Positions 44,904 to 55,101 of a stretch of 64,000 nt of DNA are shown in pieces. The translations under genes were made by a program, and so were the position numbers. Below the pieces are notes generated by a model. That model was not told the origin of the DNA. It was given only the letters and a program-made list of their open reading frames with translations, and ran no database searches. How positions within the stretch are numbered: the stretch's first letter is position 1; each line of letters starts with the position of its first letter. The stretch is from the IMG/VR virus record IMGVR_UViG_3300008116_000002, one strand, 5' to 3'. Origin of the DNA: a virus (taxonomy: Duplodnaviria; Caudoviricetes).

Positions 44904-46557
44904 AAAGATTTCATACAACGGTAATCCAAATCTAAAACAAATTGGAACCGTAATATCCTATACCTCTGAGCAGGTTGCGGAATTAATGAAATGTATTTCG
45001 GATCCAATTTATTTTATAGAAACATATTGCCAAATTGTTTCTTTAGATAAGGGTTTAATCCCTTTTAAACTTTATGATTGCCAAAAACGAAAAGTAGATT
45101 TAATATTAAACAATCGTAGAGTTATATTAATGGAAGGTAGACAGCAGGGCAAAACAATTACGTCTGCTGCTTGTATACTTTGGTATACTTTATTCCAACC
45201 GAATAAAACGGTTGCTATTCTAGCCAACAAGTCTGCCGCTGCTCGAGAAGTTCTTTATCGTTATGAGATGATGTATGAACTTCTTCCTATGTGGATGCAA
45301 CAAGGTGTTAAGACATTTAACAAAGGTGATATTGAATTAGAAAATGGTTCAAGAATATTTACTGCGGCAACAAGTTCTTCGGGTATTCGAGGTAAATCTG
45401 TAAACTGGTTGTATATTGATGAAGCTGCAATTATTCCGAATAACGTAGCAGAGGACTTCTTCACTTCGGTTTATCCTGTAGTATCTGCGGGTGAAACTAC
45501 AAAAATTCTTCTAACATCTACTCCATTGGGATATAATCACTTCTGGAAATTCTGGAATGAAGCAGAGCAAGGGCTTAATGGATTCGTTCCAATGTTTATT
45601 CATTACAGCGAAATACCTGGCAGAGATGAAAAGTGGGCAGAAGAACAAAGATCTATTCTAGGTGAACTGAAATTTAATCAGGAAGTTCTATGTAAGTTCC
45701 TTGGATCATCTAACACACTTATCAATCCTGATACGATTGGTAGAATGTCACATAAACAACCTATTCACACCTATGAGGGTTTGTCTGTTTATGAGGAACC
45801 TGAGGAAGAACATATCTACATGCTAGTTGCAGATACTTCTAGAGGAGTCGGTGGAGATTATTGTGCATTCTCAGTAATGGATATCACTAAGTATCCATAT
45901 CGTGTAGTTGCAAAGTATAGAAATAATAGAATCAGTCCCTTATTATATCCGAATATAATTCATAAGGTTGCTAAGGATTTTAACAAAGCATATTGTTTAA
46001 TAGAAATAAACGACAACGGTCAGCAAGTCGCAGATTCTCTATATACCGATCTAGAATATGAAAATGTATTCTTTGTCGGAAGCAATTCAAAATCTGGGCA
46101 GTTTTTGTCCGGAGGGTTCTCACCTGGCGCTACACTTGGTGTAAGAACGACCAAACTGGTTAAGCGTTTAGGATGTACTGCCTTTAAGAGTCTCGTTGAA
46201 AATAATAAATTACTAATCCATGATGCAGATATAATTAGTGAGATATCTACGTTCATAGAAGTTCGTGGACTCTATAAAGCGGATGAGGGATATCACGATG
46301 ATCTGGTGATGACTCTGGTGCTATTTGCCTGGGCCACAAATGAGGCATTCTTTAAGGACTTGACGGATACTAATTTAAGAAAAATACTATATGAGGAACA
46401 GTTTAAACAAATTGAGGAGAATCTTACTCCATTTGGGGAACTAGATGAGGGTCCTACGGAGAGGACAACCGTAGAAATTGAAGCTGGGGATATGTGGTTC
46501 AAAGACGGTAGAGAAGATATGAATAAAACTATACTAAATTGGCTGGAAAAAGTCTAA
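44881..46557 (+). CDS. gp17: Terminase large subunit gp17
   Basis: YNGNPNLK, GRQQGKT (Walker A), YIDEAA (Walker B), TSTPLG, HDDLVM. Confidence 0.97.
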   Translation: MASQSTNKKISYNGNPNLKQIGTVISYTSEQVAELMKCISDPIYFIETYCQIVSLDKGLIPFKLYDCQKRKVDLILNNRRVILMEGRQQGKTITSAACILWYTLFQPNKTVAILANKSAAAREVLYRYEMMYELLPMWMQQGVKTFNKGDIELENGSRIFTAATSSSGIRGKSVNWLYIDEAAIIPNNVAEDFFTSVYPVVSAGETTKILLTSTPLGYNHFWKFWNEAEQGLNGFVPMFIHYSEIPGRDEKWAEEQRSILGELKFNQEVLCKFLGSSNTLINPDTIGRMSHKQPIHTYEGLSVYEEPEEEHIYMLVADTSRGVGGDYCAFSVMDITKYPYRVVAKYRNNRISPLLYPNIIHKVAKDFNKAYCLIEINDNGQQVADSLYTDLEYENVFFVGSNSKSGQFLSGGFSPGATLGVRTTKLVKRLGCTAFKSLVENNKLLIHDADIISEISTFIEVRGLYKADEGYHDDLVMTLVLFAWATNEAFFKDLTDTNLRKILYEEQFKQIEENLTPFGELDEGPTERTTVEIEAGDMWFKDGREDMNKTILNWLEKV

Positions 46558-46568
46558 AAGCTGATAAT

Positions 46569-46576
46569 TATAAATA
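46569..46576 (+). promoter_or_regulatory. T4 late promoter upstream of gp18
   Basis: TATAAATA. Confidence 0.8.
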
Positions 46577-46630
46577 AATAGAAATTCAAAATTATAGAGA
46601 TATATCTATAAAATTATCAAGGAGAAGAAG

Positions 46631-49285
46631 ATGGCATTTCAGCTTTCACCTGGCGTTTTAGTTACCGAAGAGGATAGAAGCACGGTAGTTCCTTCGGTCG
46701 CAACTACTGCTGGAGCATTTTCGGGAGCCTTTGTATGGGGGCCTGTTGGGGAAGTAACTACCGTAGATTCTGAGGGTAAGTTAGTAGAGATTTTTGGTAA
46801 ACCGAATGATACAACTGCGGGATATTTTTTCACTGCAGCAAACTTTTTGTCGTATGGAAATAATTTGCAAGTTGTACGCAATGTTAATAGGGCATCTGCA
46901 AGAAATGCAGTTTCGGAACCAAATGGTTCTGTAGGACCCGTAACTATAACATCCGCACCATATATTTTTACTAGTGCGGGCACAGTAACAGTAACATTTG
47001 AAGCTTCACCTACAGGAAATACTGCAACAGGAAATGTAACACTTACAGCGGAAGGACGACTTCTTTCAGTTGACATTTCGGAGCCAGGGTTTGGATATAG
47101 TACTCCTCCTACCGTATCTTTAACAGGGTTGAGTCCATCAGCGACAACTGCAGTTCTAGGTGGCGGAAGAGTTGAGGAGATTAATGTAGTAAATTCTGGT
47201 AACAACTATACTACACTATCTAATATCGTAATACAGAATCAAGATTCTACTTTTGCAAGTGCAAACTTAGATGTGCATTTTAAATTAAGAGACATTCAAA
47301 TTAGTAACGGTGGAACTAATTACGGCCCTGCTGAGACAGGGTGTAACGTAGTTATCAGCGGAGGCATTTTAGTTCCAGGTGGAGCTCATGCAACAGCAAC
47401 ACCGATCGTCACAGGAAATGTAATTACTGGTTTTACTATTACCAGCAGCGGCAATGGTTATATTAGTGCACCCAATGTCATCATCAATCGTTTAGATGGC
47501 AACACCGGAACAGAAGCAGTCCTTACTGCTAATTTAGGATATGGTATTATCAACAAAATTACTGTTCTAAACAAAGGTGCGGGCGGATATAATTTTACAC
47601 CTAACGTCACTATCAATAGAAATAACAGTTTAGGTGGAACTGTTGCAACTGCTAATGTGAGAATTGCAGCGCCAATTAATACCATTACCGTTAATGGTAA
47701 TGTTACTATTAACTATGTTCCAAATGTAACAATTATTCCTGCAGCTGGAGATTTGCAATATATTACAAGTAATGCTGCAGCGATTGCCTCTCTTGGGTAT
47801 AGTATAGCAAGTGTTAACGTAATAAACCCTGGTTCGGGCTATGATGATGCCCCAACTGTCTCAATCACAAGCCCTTCCGGAAACGCAAGCGCGACCGCAA
47901 GTGTAGTATTTGATGTACCATTAATTGAAAACTTCGATGATTGGTTATCCAATCATAGTACTGGTGGATTTAGTTACGGTACATTTGCTGCTAAATACCC
48001 AGGTACTTTAGGCAACGGAATTAGAGTTTCTATGGCGGATGTTGCCACATATGATGGCTGGACATTCGCAGGTCAATTCAATTCTGCTCCTCGAACATCT
48101 GCTAGCGTATCTGCAAAAGGTGGAACGGATGACGAATTACATGTGATAGTTATTGACGCATTTGGTACATGGACAGGTTCTCCGGGGGCAGTGCTTGAGA
48201 AATTCTCATTTTTATCTAAAGCTCAGGATGCGAAAAATTCGGACCAATCTACAAACTATTACAAGGATGTGATATCCAATCAATCTAAGTATATTTGGGT
48301 AATAGACCACCCATCTGATACGACGAATTGGGGTTCCAGTGGTGCAGTTAATTATGACACTCTTACTTCGGTTTCTAATAGGCTGTTATCTGGCGGGGTA
48401 TCTTCAGATGGCATATCTACCGCAAATGTTTTAGATGGATATAGTCTGTTCGCTAATGATGAATTATATGATGTTTCGTTGATTCCTATGGGACCAACAA
48501 CAATTGCTGCTGCAGTTAATCAGGTAATTAACATTGCTGAAACTAGAAGAGATTGTGTAGTATTCTCGTCTCCTCCATATACAGATGTTGTTAATACTAC
48601 AGGTCAAGCTACAAAAATTACCACATACAGAGATACTTTAACAAGTTCCTCATTTGCTGTTCTTGATTCGGGATGGAAGTATCAGTACGATAGATATAAT
48701 GACAAGTACAGATATGTTCCTCTGAATGGAGATGTTGCTGGTCTTTCCGCAAGAACAGACTATATTGCGGATCCTTGGTTCTCTCCTGCGGGATATAATC
48801 GCGGTGTAATTAAGAACGTAGTTAAATTGGCTTGGTCTCCATCAAAGAATGATAGAGATACTCTTTACAAGAAGGGTGTAAATCCTGTAGTAACATTCCC
48901 AGGACAAGGCACATTGTTATTTGGTGATAAGACTCTTCTAGCAAGACCAAGTGCTTTTGATAGAATCAACGTTCGCAGATTGTTTATTGTATTAGAGAAA
49001 GCAATTGCTACTGCATCGAAGTTCCAATTGTTCGAGTTTAATGATAGTTTCTCGCAGGCACAGTTTAGAAATCTAGTTGAGCCATTCTTAAGAGACGTAC
49101 AGGGACGTCGAGGTATTACAGATTTCCGTGTAGTATGTGATGATACAAATAACACACCTGCAGTAATTGATCGCAATGAATTTGTTGCAGACATTTTCAT
49201 TAAGCCTGCAAGAGCAATCAACTTTATCCAGTTGAATTTTATTGCTACAAGATCTGGTGTGTCTTTCGAAGAAGTAGGCGCTTAA
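46631..49285 (+). CDS. gp18: Tail sheath protein gp18 with large internal repeat insertion
   Basis: MAFQLSPGVLVTE, WFSPAGYNRG, RINVRRLF, FIKPARAINFIQLNF; 884 aa. Confidence 0.96.
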   Translation: MAFQLSPGVLVTEEDRSTVVPSVATTAGAFSGAFVWGPVGEVTTVDSEGKLVEIFGKPNDTTAGYFFTAANFLSYGNNLQVVRNVNRASARNAVSEPNGSVGPVTITSAPYIFTSAGTVTVTFEASPTGNTATGNVTLTAEGRLLSVDISEPGFGYSTPPTVSLTGLSPSATTAVLGGGRVEEINVVNSGNNYTTLSNIVIQNQDSTFASANLDVHFKLRDIQISNGGTNYGPAETGCNVVISGGILVPGGAHATATPIVTGNVITGFTITSSGNGYISAPNVIINRLDGNTGTEAVLTANLGYGIINKITVLNKGAGGYNFTPNVTINRNNSLGGTVATANVRIAAPINTITVNGNVTINYVPNVTIIPAAGDLQYITSNAAAIASLGYSIASVNVINPGSGYDDAPTVSITSPSGNASATASVVFDVPLIENFDDWLSNHSTGGFSYGTFAAKYPGTLGNGIRVSMADVATYDGWTFAGQFNSAPRTSASVSAKGGTDDELHVIVIDAFGTWTGSPGAVLEKFSFLSKAQDAKNSDQSTNYYKDVISNQSKYIWVIDHPSDTTNWGSSGAVNYDTLTSVSNRLLSGGVSSDGISTANVLDGYSLFANDELYDVSLIPMGPTTIAAAVNQVINIAETRRDCVVFSSPPYTDVVNTTGQATKITTYRDTLTSSSFAVLDSGWKYQYDRYNDKYRYVPLNGDVAGLSARTDYIADPWFSPAGYNRGVIKNVVKLAWSPSKNDRDTLYKKGVNPVVTFPGQGTLLFGDKTLLARPSAFDRINVRRLFIVLEKAIATASKFQLFEFNDSFSQAQFRNLVEPFLRDVQGRRGITDFRVVCDDTNNTPAVIDRNEFVADIFIKPARAINFIQLNFIATRSGVSFEEVGA

Positions 49286-49300
49286 TAGGAGTATAAAGAA

Positions 49301-49888
49301 ATGGCAATCCCATTTAATGTAGATAGATTTAAAGCTGAACTAACGAACGGCGGAGCGAGGCCAAACCAATTCGCCGTTCAATTGACGTTCCCAAACTATG
49401 TTGTGGCAAGAGCAGCCGCTGTAAATAAAGCTCCGTTTTTAGTTACTGCTTCAGAATTACCTGGTCAATCGATTGGTGTGACTCCTGTTTATTACAGAGG
49501 TCGCCTAATTAAAATGGCAGGTGATAGAGAGTTTGCTCCATTCAGTTGCACAGTTCTAAACGATTCTAGCTTTACTATTAGAACAGCATTAGAACAATGG
49601 ATGAATGGTATTGAGAATTTAAGAAACAAAACTGGCGCATTACAGCCATCTCAATATCAGACAGATATGTTTATTTCTCAATTAGACAGAAATGGTGCAG
49701 TTCTGAAACAATATAAATTATACGGTGTATTCCCAACAGATATTGGTGCAGTACCATTAGACTTTGGTACTAATGATCAGATATCTTCTTTTGGTGTAAC
49801 GTTCCAATATCAGACTTTTGAGGCAACTAATACACCAGCAAGTCAATTGATAAACGCTATTACATCTTTAGGCGGAGTAGCGGTTTAA
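49301..49888 (+). CDS. gp19: Tail tube protein gp19
   Basis: GGARPNQF, LPGQSIG...YRGR-x-IKMAGDREF, QLDRNG, FPTDIGAVPLD. Confidence 0.95.
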   Translation: MAIPFNVDRFKAELTNGGARPNQFAVQLTFPNYVVARAAAVNKAPFLVTASELPGQSIGVTPVYYRGRLIKMAGDREFAPFSCTVLNDSSFTIRTALEQWMNGIENLRNKTGALQPSQYQTDMFISQLDRNGAVLKQYKLYGVFPTDIGAVPLDFGTNDQISSFGVTFQYQTFEATNTPASQLINAITSLGGVAV

Positions 49889-49908
49889 TATTATAAAGTG
49901 ATTAAATA

Positions 49909-51441
49909 ATGGCCATTAAACTATTTGGTTTTACTATTGCTCGTGAAGACGAGGATATTGATAAAAAGAATCAGGCGTTTGCCACGCCTGTTCCTGACGA
50001 CGGTGCCACTACTATTCAAACCAGCGGATTTAATGCTGGAGGATATTTTGGTACCTATGTTGACATGGATGCCACTGCTAAATCTGAGGCAGAATTAATT
50101 ACCAGATATAGAGAGGCATCCGCATATTCTGATTGTTCCGCAGCAGTAGATGAAATTGTCACTGAGGCAATTGCCGCGGTGGATGACGAACAACCGGTGC
50201 AAATTAATCTTGACAATGTAGATGTTGCTGATGATATTAAAGAAACTATAGAAAATGAATTTGAGAAAATTCTGCAGCTCCTAGAATTTAATAATAAGGG
50301 CCATGACATTTTTAGAAGATGGTATATTGACGGAAGAATATATTATCAAAAAGTAATTGATATGAAAAACCCTAAGCGTGGGGTTATGGAACTAATTCAA
50401 TTAGATCCTAGAAAAATAAGAAAAATTAAAGAAGTAAAAAGAGAAAAAGATAAAGAAACTAATATAGATAAGATTAAATCTATAGAAGAATATTTTATCT
50501 ATAATGATAAAGGGATTAATTACAATCCTAATTTTTCTTATTCTTCAACAGTAAACCAAGGATTAAGAATTTCCACAGACTCGATAGCATATGCGCCATC
50601 TGGGTTAATGGATTTAGAAAAGAATGTAGTTGTTGGGCATTTGCATAAAGCAATTAAGCCTGTAAATCAATTAAAGATGATGGAAGATGCGGTAGTCATT
50701 TATAGATTGGCTAGAGCACCCGAAAGAAGAATATTTTATATTGATGTTGGTAATTTACCAAAGATTAAAGCCGAGCAGTATCTAAAAGATATTATGGCTC
50801 GCTATAGAAACAAGGTTGTTTACGACTCTAACACAGGTGAGATTAGAGACGATAGAAAATTTATGTCGATGCTTGAGGATTTTTGGTTACCGCGCAGAGA
50901 AGGTGGTAAAGGAACAGAAATTAGTACTTTGCCTGGTGGAGAAAGCTTAGGTCAAATTGATGATGTAAATTATTTTCAAAATAAATTATACCAGGCATTA
51001 AACGTTCCTGTTTCAAGAATGCAACCTCAGCAAGGCATTTCTTTTGGTAGAGCAACTGAGATAACAAGAGACGAATTAAAATTTGCCAAGTTTGTGTCAA
51101 GACTTCGCAAAAAGTTTAACGTAATATTTGACGACATTCTAAAAACTCAATTAGTTTTGAAGGGTGTTATAAATGAAAAAGACTGGGCAATTATTGGAGA
51201 AAAGATTCAATATAAGTATGCCCAGGATCAGTATTTTGAGGAAATGAAGGCTGCGGAAAATTATAGAAATCAAATCGATTTATTAAATTTAGCGCAACCA
51301 TACGTAGGAATATATTTTAGTCAAAGATTTATTATGAAAAATGTTTTAAGAATGTCTGATAAAGATATTCAAACTATGAAGTCGGAGATAGAAAATGAAC
51401 CACCTCCGCCTCAAATAAATACTGAGCAAACCGGACAATAA
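49909..51441 (+). CDS. gp20: Portal protein gp20
   Basis: RRWYIDGR, MMEDAVVIYRLARAPERRIFYIDVGNLPK, EDFWLPRREGGKGTEI. Confidence 0.97.
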   Translation: MAIKLFGFTIAREDEDIDKKNQAFATPVPDDGATTIQTSGFNAGGYFGTYVDMDATAKSEAELITRYREASAYSDCSAAVDEIVTEAIAAVDDEQPVQINLDNVDVADDIKETIENEFEKILQLLEFNNKGHDIFRRWYIDGRIYYQKVIDMKNPKRGVMELIQLDPRKIRKIKEVKREKDKETNIDKIKSIEEYFIYNDKGINYNPNFSYSSTVNQGLRISTDSIAYAPSGLMDLEKNVVVGHLHKAIKPVNQLKMMEDAVVIYRLARAPERRIFYIDVGNLPKIKAEQYLKDIMARYRNKVVYDSNTGEIRDDRKFMSMLEDFWLPRREGGKGTEISTLPGGESLGQIDDVNYFQNKLYQALNVPVSRMQPQQGISFGRATEITRDELKFAKFVSRLRKKFNVIFDDILKTQLVLKGVINEKDWAIIGEKIQYKYAQDQYFEEMKAAENYRNQIDLLNLAQPYVGIYFSQRFIMKNVLRMSDKDIQTMKSEIENEPPPPQINTEQTGQ

Positions 51442-51450
51442 GGAGTTATA

Positions 51451-51750
51451 GTGGATAATCCAATTAGAAACATGGTAGATAATATTCTAGCAAACAAAGA
51501 AGCAGAAGCCTTGGGTAATTTTGAAGCTGCGATTGCGGATAAAATGAATGACGCCTTAGAAATTAGAAAGCAGGAAGTTGCTTCAAGCCTAGGTGAATCG
51601 AATCTAACAGACAAGATTAATAAGGTTGCAGAATTTATAGGTGACCTTGTTACAGGTGAGGCCGGTAGAAAAGCCGCAGAAAAAATGAACCAAAAGAAAG
51701 ATGATAAGCAGCCTGCACAACCAACTCAACAACCTGCAAAAAGCCAATGA
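51451..51750 (+). CDS. Prohead core protein (gp67-like)
   Basis: GTG start with GGAG RBS; directly after portal; DKMNDALEIRKQEVA. Confidence 0.6.
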   Translation: MDNPIRNMVDNILANKEAEALGNFEAAIADKMNDALEIRKQEVASSLGESNLTDKINKVAEFIGDLVTGEAGRKAAEKMNQKKDDKQPAQPTQQPAKSQ

Positions 51751-54002
51751 AATCATTTAATCGTTTAAGAGAAGAATCGCTGGAAGAAAAGTTAAAAGCA
51801 TCTGATCCTACAGGAAAATGGATCAGCGATTTTGTTCATAGCGATAATCCTAAATTTGCCGGCAAGAGCAAAAAAGAACGTATTCGTATGGCACTTGGTG
51901 CATCTTATGCTGCCAAACGACAGAACGAAGATAACAATCACATTGTAGAAGCAACACATCGCATTGGTTTAACAGTTACCGACCCTAACCATCCTATGGT
52001 CAGCAAGCGCAAAGAAACCATACAGAAGACTGTGCGTATGCCAGGTGAGGATCGAGAAAATGCCATCAAACGTGCCATTGCTCATTATCGTCGCAAGGGC
52101 TACAAGGTACATGATCATCACTACATTGGTACTGTGAATGAAGAAGTTGAACTTATTGAAAAATATACTGAAAACGATATTGCCAATGGCGGTACAGTTA
52201 TATACAAGCACCAAGGCAAACATTATATGAGCAAGGTGTCGCATAAAACCGGTGCTGGCGCTGGTACTAAAATTCATACTACATCTGCTCTGGGTCATGT
52301 TGTGCCTCTGCACCACGTAGTTTCAACAGATGCATCTGATTGGAACACTTATAAGAACAGACCTGTAAAAGAAGAAGTTGAACAGATTGATGAGTTAAAA
52401 AGATCTACTTTAGCTAGTTATGCCAACAAAGCAGAAAAATCATATCATTCAACTAGCGATGCTAAAACTAAAGCTAAGCGCGATGTTGGATTAGATAGAG
52501 CTGATAGAAAAATAGAAAAGAAAGATAATGCTAAAAATCCATTTAATGAAAATATAGAACAAATTGACGAGTTAAAAAGATCTACTCTCGCTAGTTATGC
52601 GGGTAAAGCAAGTAAAGAGGTTGCCAAATCTCAAAGCTATGCGGCCAAATTTAAAAAAGATTCAGAATTTGAAAGAGACGTTGGGCATCCTTCCAGAGCT
52701 CGTGTATTAGATAAAGAAAGAGATGTAGAATTAAAGCATGCAAAGAAAAGACAAGCTGGCTTTGATAAAGCTCTGACTCGTTTAGCTAAGGAAGAGTCAG
52801 AGCATATACAAGAGGGCGGTTTTGATATTCCAGAAATTCCAAGAGCACCGACCCCAAAGCCTGCACCAAAAGATAAAAATAAAATTGCTGAGGGTTCAAC
52901 ACAAGACAAGTTATATCAACAGCATCAAGCTATTCGCACTGCTAACAAAAGACCAAATCCTGAATATTATAAAGAGCTCGGAATGGCATATGATATTAAG
53001 GATGACAAAGAAAGAATGGCGAAACAAGCTGAAATTAAAAAGAAATATAAAGTAGAAGGCGCTCAATTAGATCAGTTAAAGACTATGCGAGATGATCCTA
53101 AGTGGCAAGAAAATCCTGAGCATAAAGCACAATTAGATAAACGATTTAAGATGGCTAAGGATAGAGCAGACTTAGACAAAGGCGAGGTTGTAGATCCTGC
53201 AGGTAAACCTGTACCCGTTCTTACTCCTGATAAGTTTAAAGAGAAAAATCCTAACTTTATGAAAGAGGAAGGTGATTATCCTCATCAGGGAGTTGGAGTG
53301 AGTAGAAGTATGCAAATGGCTGCGGACATTGCTCGCCAAAAAGCAAGAACTTCTATGATGCAATCCAAATATGGGAACGAGTTTCAGGATAAAGCAATTC
53401 CGGATTATGATGAAGATAAGATGGATTTAAAACCTGGAACCGCACCTGGTACATATCAGGCTACAGTTAGAATGAGAGAAAGAATGAAACAAGAAAGTTT
53501 CTCTTCTCTTAGAAATAAAATTGCTGAAGCTAAAAAAATGAAAGGTGAAGATCCTTGTTGGGATGACTACAAAATGATCGGAACCAAAACGAAAAATGGT
53601 AGAGAAGTTCCTAATTGTGTCCCGAAGGAAAGTGTAGCTGAAGGTAAAGAAGAACAAGAATATGATTATGAGGGAGACATGGCAATGTCTGATTTGCGTT
53701 CAATTTTACACAACGCAAAAACAGTACATGATATGTTAGAACCAAACACAAATATTCCTGAGTGGTGCCAGTCTAAAATTACTTTAGCAGAGGATTATAT
53801 TTCGACCGTGGCAAATTATATGAGAGGTGAGATGACCGAGGAAGCTATTCTTGAGGCATCTAAACCTGGACTATATGCAAATATTCATGCTAAGAGAAAA
53901 AGAATAGCAAAGGGATCCGGTGAGCGTATGAGAAAACCTGGTACCAAAGGAGCTCCTACTGCACAAGCATTTAAAGACTCAGCAAAGACAGCTAAAAAAT
54001 AA
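51747..54002 (+). CDS. Highly charged modular head/internal protein (gp68 position)
   Basis: 751 aa, K/E-rich, modules separated by [ILV]-x-E or EE motifs; internal duplication EQIDELKRSTLASYA. Confidence 0.6.
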   Translation: MKSFNRLREESLEEKLKASDPTGKWISDFVHSDNPKFAGKSKKERIRMALGASYAAKRQNEDNNHIVEATHRIGLTVTDPNHPMVSKRKETIQKTVRMPGEDRENAIKRAIAHYRRKGYKVHDHHYIGTVNEEVELIEKYTENDIANGGTVIYKHQGKHYMSKVSHKTGAGAGTKIHTTSALGHVVPLHHVVSTDASDWNTYKNRPVKEEVEQIDELKRSTLASYANKAEKSYHSTSDAKTKAKRDVGLDRADRKIEKKDNAKNPFNENIEQIDELKRSTLASYAGKASKEVAKSQSYAAKFKKDSEFERDVGHPSRARVLDKERDVELKHAKKRQAGFDKALTRLAKEESEHIQEGGFDIPEIPRAPTPKPAPKDKNKIAEGSTQDKLYQQHQAIRTANKRPNPEYYKELGMAYDIKDDKERMAKQAEIKKKYKVEGAQLDQLKTMRDDPKWQENPEHKAQLDKRFKMAKDRADLDKGEVVDPAGKPVPVLTPDKFKEKNPNFMKEEGDYPHQGVGVSRSMQMAADIARQKARTSMMQSKYGNEFQDKAIPDYDEDKMDLKPGTAPGTYQATVRMRERMKQESFSSLRNKIAEAKKMKGEDPCWDDYKMIGTKTKNGREVPNCVPKESVAEGKEEQEYDYEGDMAMSDLRSILHNAKTVHDMLEPNTNIPEWCQSKITLAEDYISTVANYMRGEMTEEAILEASKPGLYANIHAKRKRIAKGSGERMRKPGTKGAPTAQAFKDSAKTAKK

Positions 54003-54011
54003 GAGGTAATT

Positions 54012-54395
54012 ATGCCAGTAGTTAAAACAGTTCTTAAGAAAGTTAGGCAGCAAGCCGGTATTAAATTAATCGGTGACGGTACTGCTACTATTACTTCTTT
54101 GGATTTAAAATTAGCAGATGAAACTGTAGATCAACCTAATGTGAAGATAACAGTTACTGGCGCGATGTGGACTGCTCCAGGGCCGGTGCCAATTATTATG
54201 ACACGAGATGGTGTTGTTACTCAATACTTCAACGGCAATGATAATTGGTCAATGACTCAGACATTAGGATTTCCTGATACTGCAAATGCCAGTGCAAATA
54301 TTTCAGTTGCGATGCCTGCAAACTCTATGATTTACTTACACCTAACTAAGTTAGATGGATTTGACGAACCGAATCAACAAATTTTACCTAGGTAA
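54012..54395 (+). CDS. Conserved hypothetical protein upstream of gp21
   Basis: 127-aa ORF with GAGG RBS. Confidence 0.6.
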   Translation: MPVVKTVLKKVRQQAGIKLIGDGTATITSLDLKLADETVDQPNVKITVTGAMWTAPGPVPIIMTRDGVVTQYFNGNDNWSMTQTLGFPDTANASANISVAMPANSMIYLHLTKLDGFDEPNQQILPR

Positions 54396-54400
54396 GAACT

Positions 54401-55051
54401 ATGAAACTAATTAAAGAAACGGCGCATGAATTAAAATATCTTGTCGAAGAAAATAAAAACGGCGGCAAGAATGTTTTTATCGAAGGTATTTTTGCCCAAT
54501 CAGATAAAAAAAATAAAAATAACAGAACTTACGGCAAATCTATTATGGAGCGTGAGGTAGAAAAGTACCAAGAGCTTATCGGTCAAAAGAGATCGTTAGG
54601 TGAATTGGGACACCCTGATAATCCATCTATTAACCTACACCAGGTATCACATCTAATTACTTCTCTAAACATGGAAGGTAACGATGTAATTGGTAGAGCT
54701 AAAATTTTAGAAACACCTATGGGAACCATCGCAAAGAACTTAATTGAGAATGGTGTACAATTGGGTGTATCTACTAGAGGTTTGGGTTCGTTAAAAATGA
54801 ACTCGGAGGGCGTCAACGAAGTGCAGGATGATTTTCATCTAGCAACCGTTGATATTGTGGCTGACCCATCTGCCCCGGATGCTTTTGTACAAGGCATTAT
54901 GGAATCCGCAGAATGGATACTAGATAATGGCGTTTGGAAGGCGGTGCATATTGAAGCTGCCCAAAAACAAATTAGAAAGACTTCTAGTAAAAATCTAGAA
55001 GAGGAAAAATTAAAAATATTTGAGCAATTCTTATCTCATCTGTCTAGATAA
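54401..55051 (+). CDS. gp21: Prohead protease gp21
   Basis: FIEGIFAQ, SLGELGHP, GVSTRGLGS, DIVADPSAPDAFV. Confidence 0.96.
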   Translation: MKLIKETAHELKYLVEENKNGGKNVFIEGIFAQSDKKNKNNRTYGKSIMEREVEKYQELIGQKRSLGELGHPDNPSINLHQVSHLITSLNMEGNDVIGRAKILETPMGTIAKNLIENGVQLGVSTRGLGSLKMNSEGVNEVQDDFHLATVDIVADPSAPDAFVQGIMESAEWILDNGVWKAVHIEAAQKQIRKTSSKNLEEEKLKIFEQFLSHLSR

Positions 55052-55058
55052 CTAGAAT

Positions 55059-55066
55059 TATAAATA
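55059..55066 (+). promoter_or_regulatory. T4 late promoter upstream of gp22
   Basis: TATAAATA. Confidence 0.8.
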
Positions 55067-55101
55067 ATGATTGAGTATATTCATACAGTTAGGAGACTCT
55101 A

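Noticed and set aside
45261-47685. Minus-strand ORFs of 67-188 aa opposite gp17 and gp18
   Set aside because: Antisense shadows of strongly conserved genes; no independent signals.
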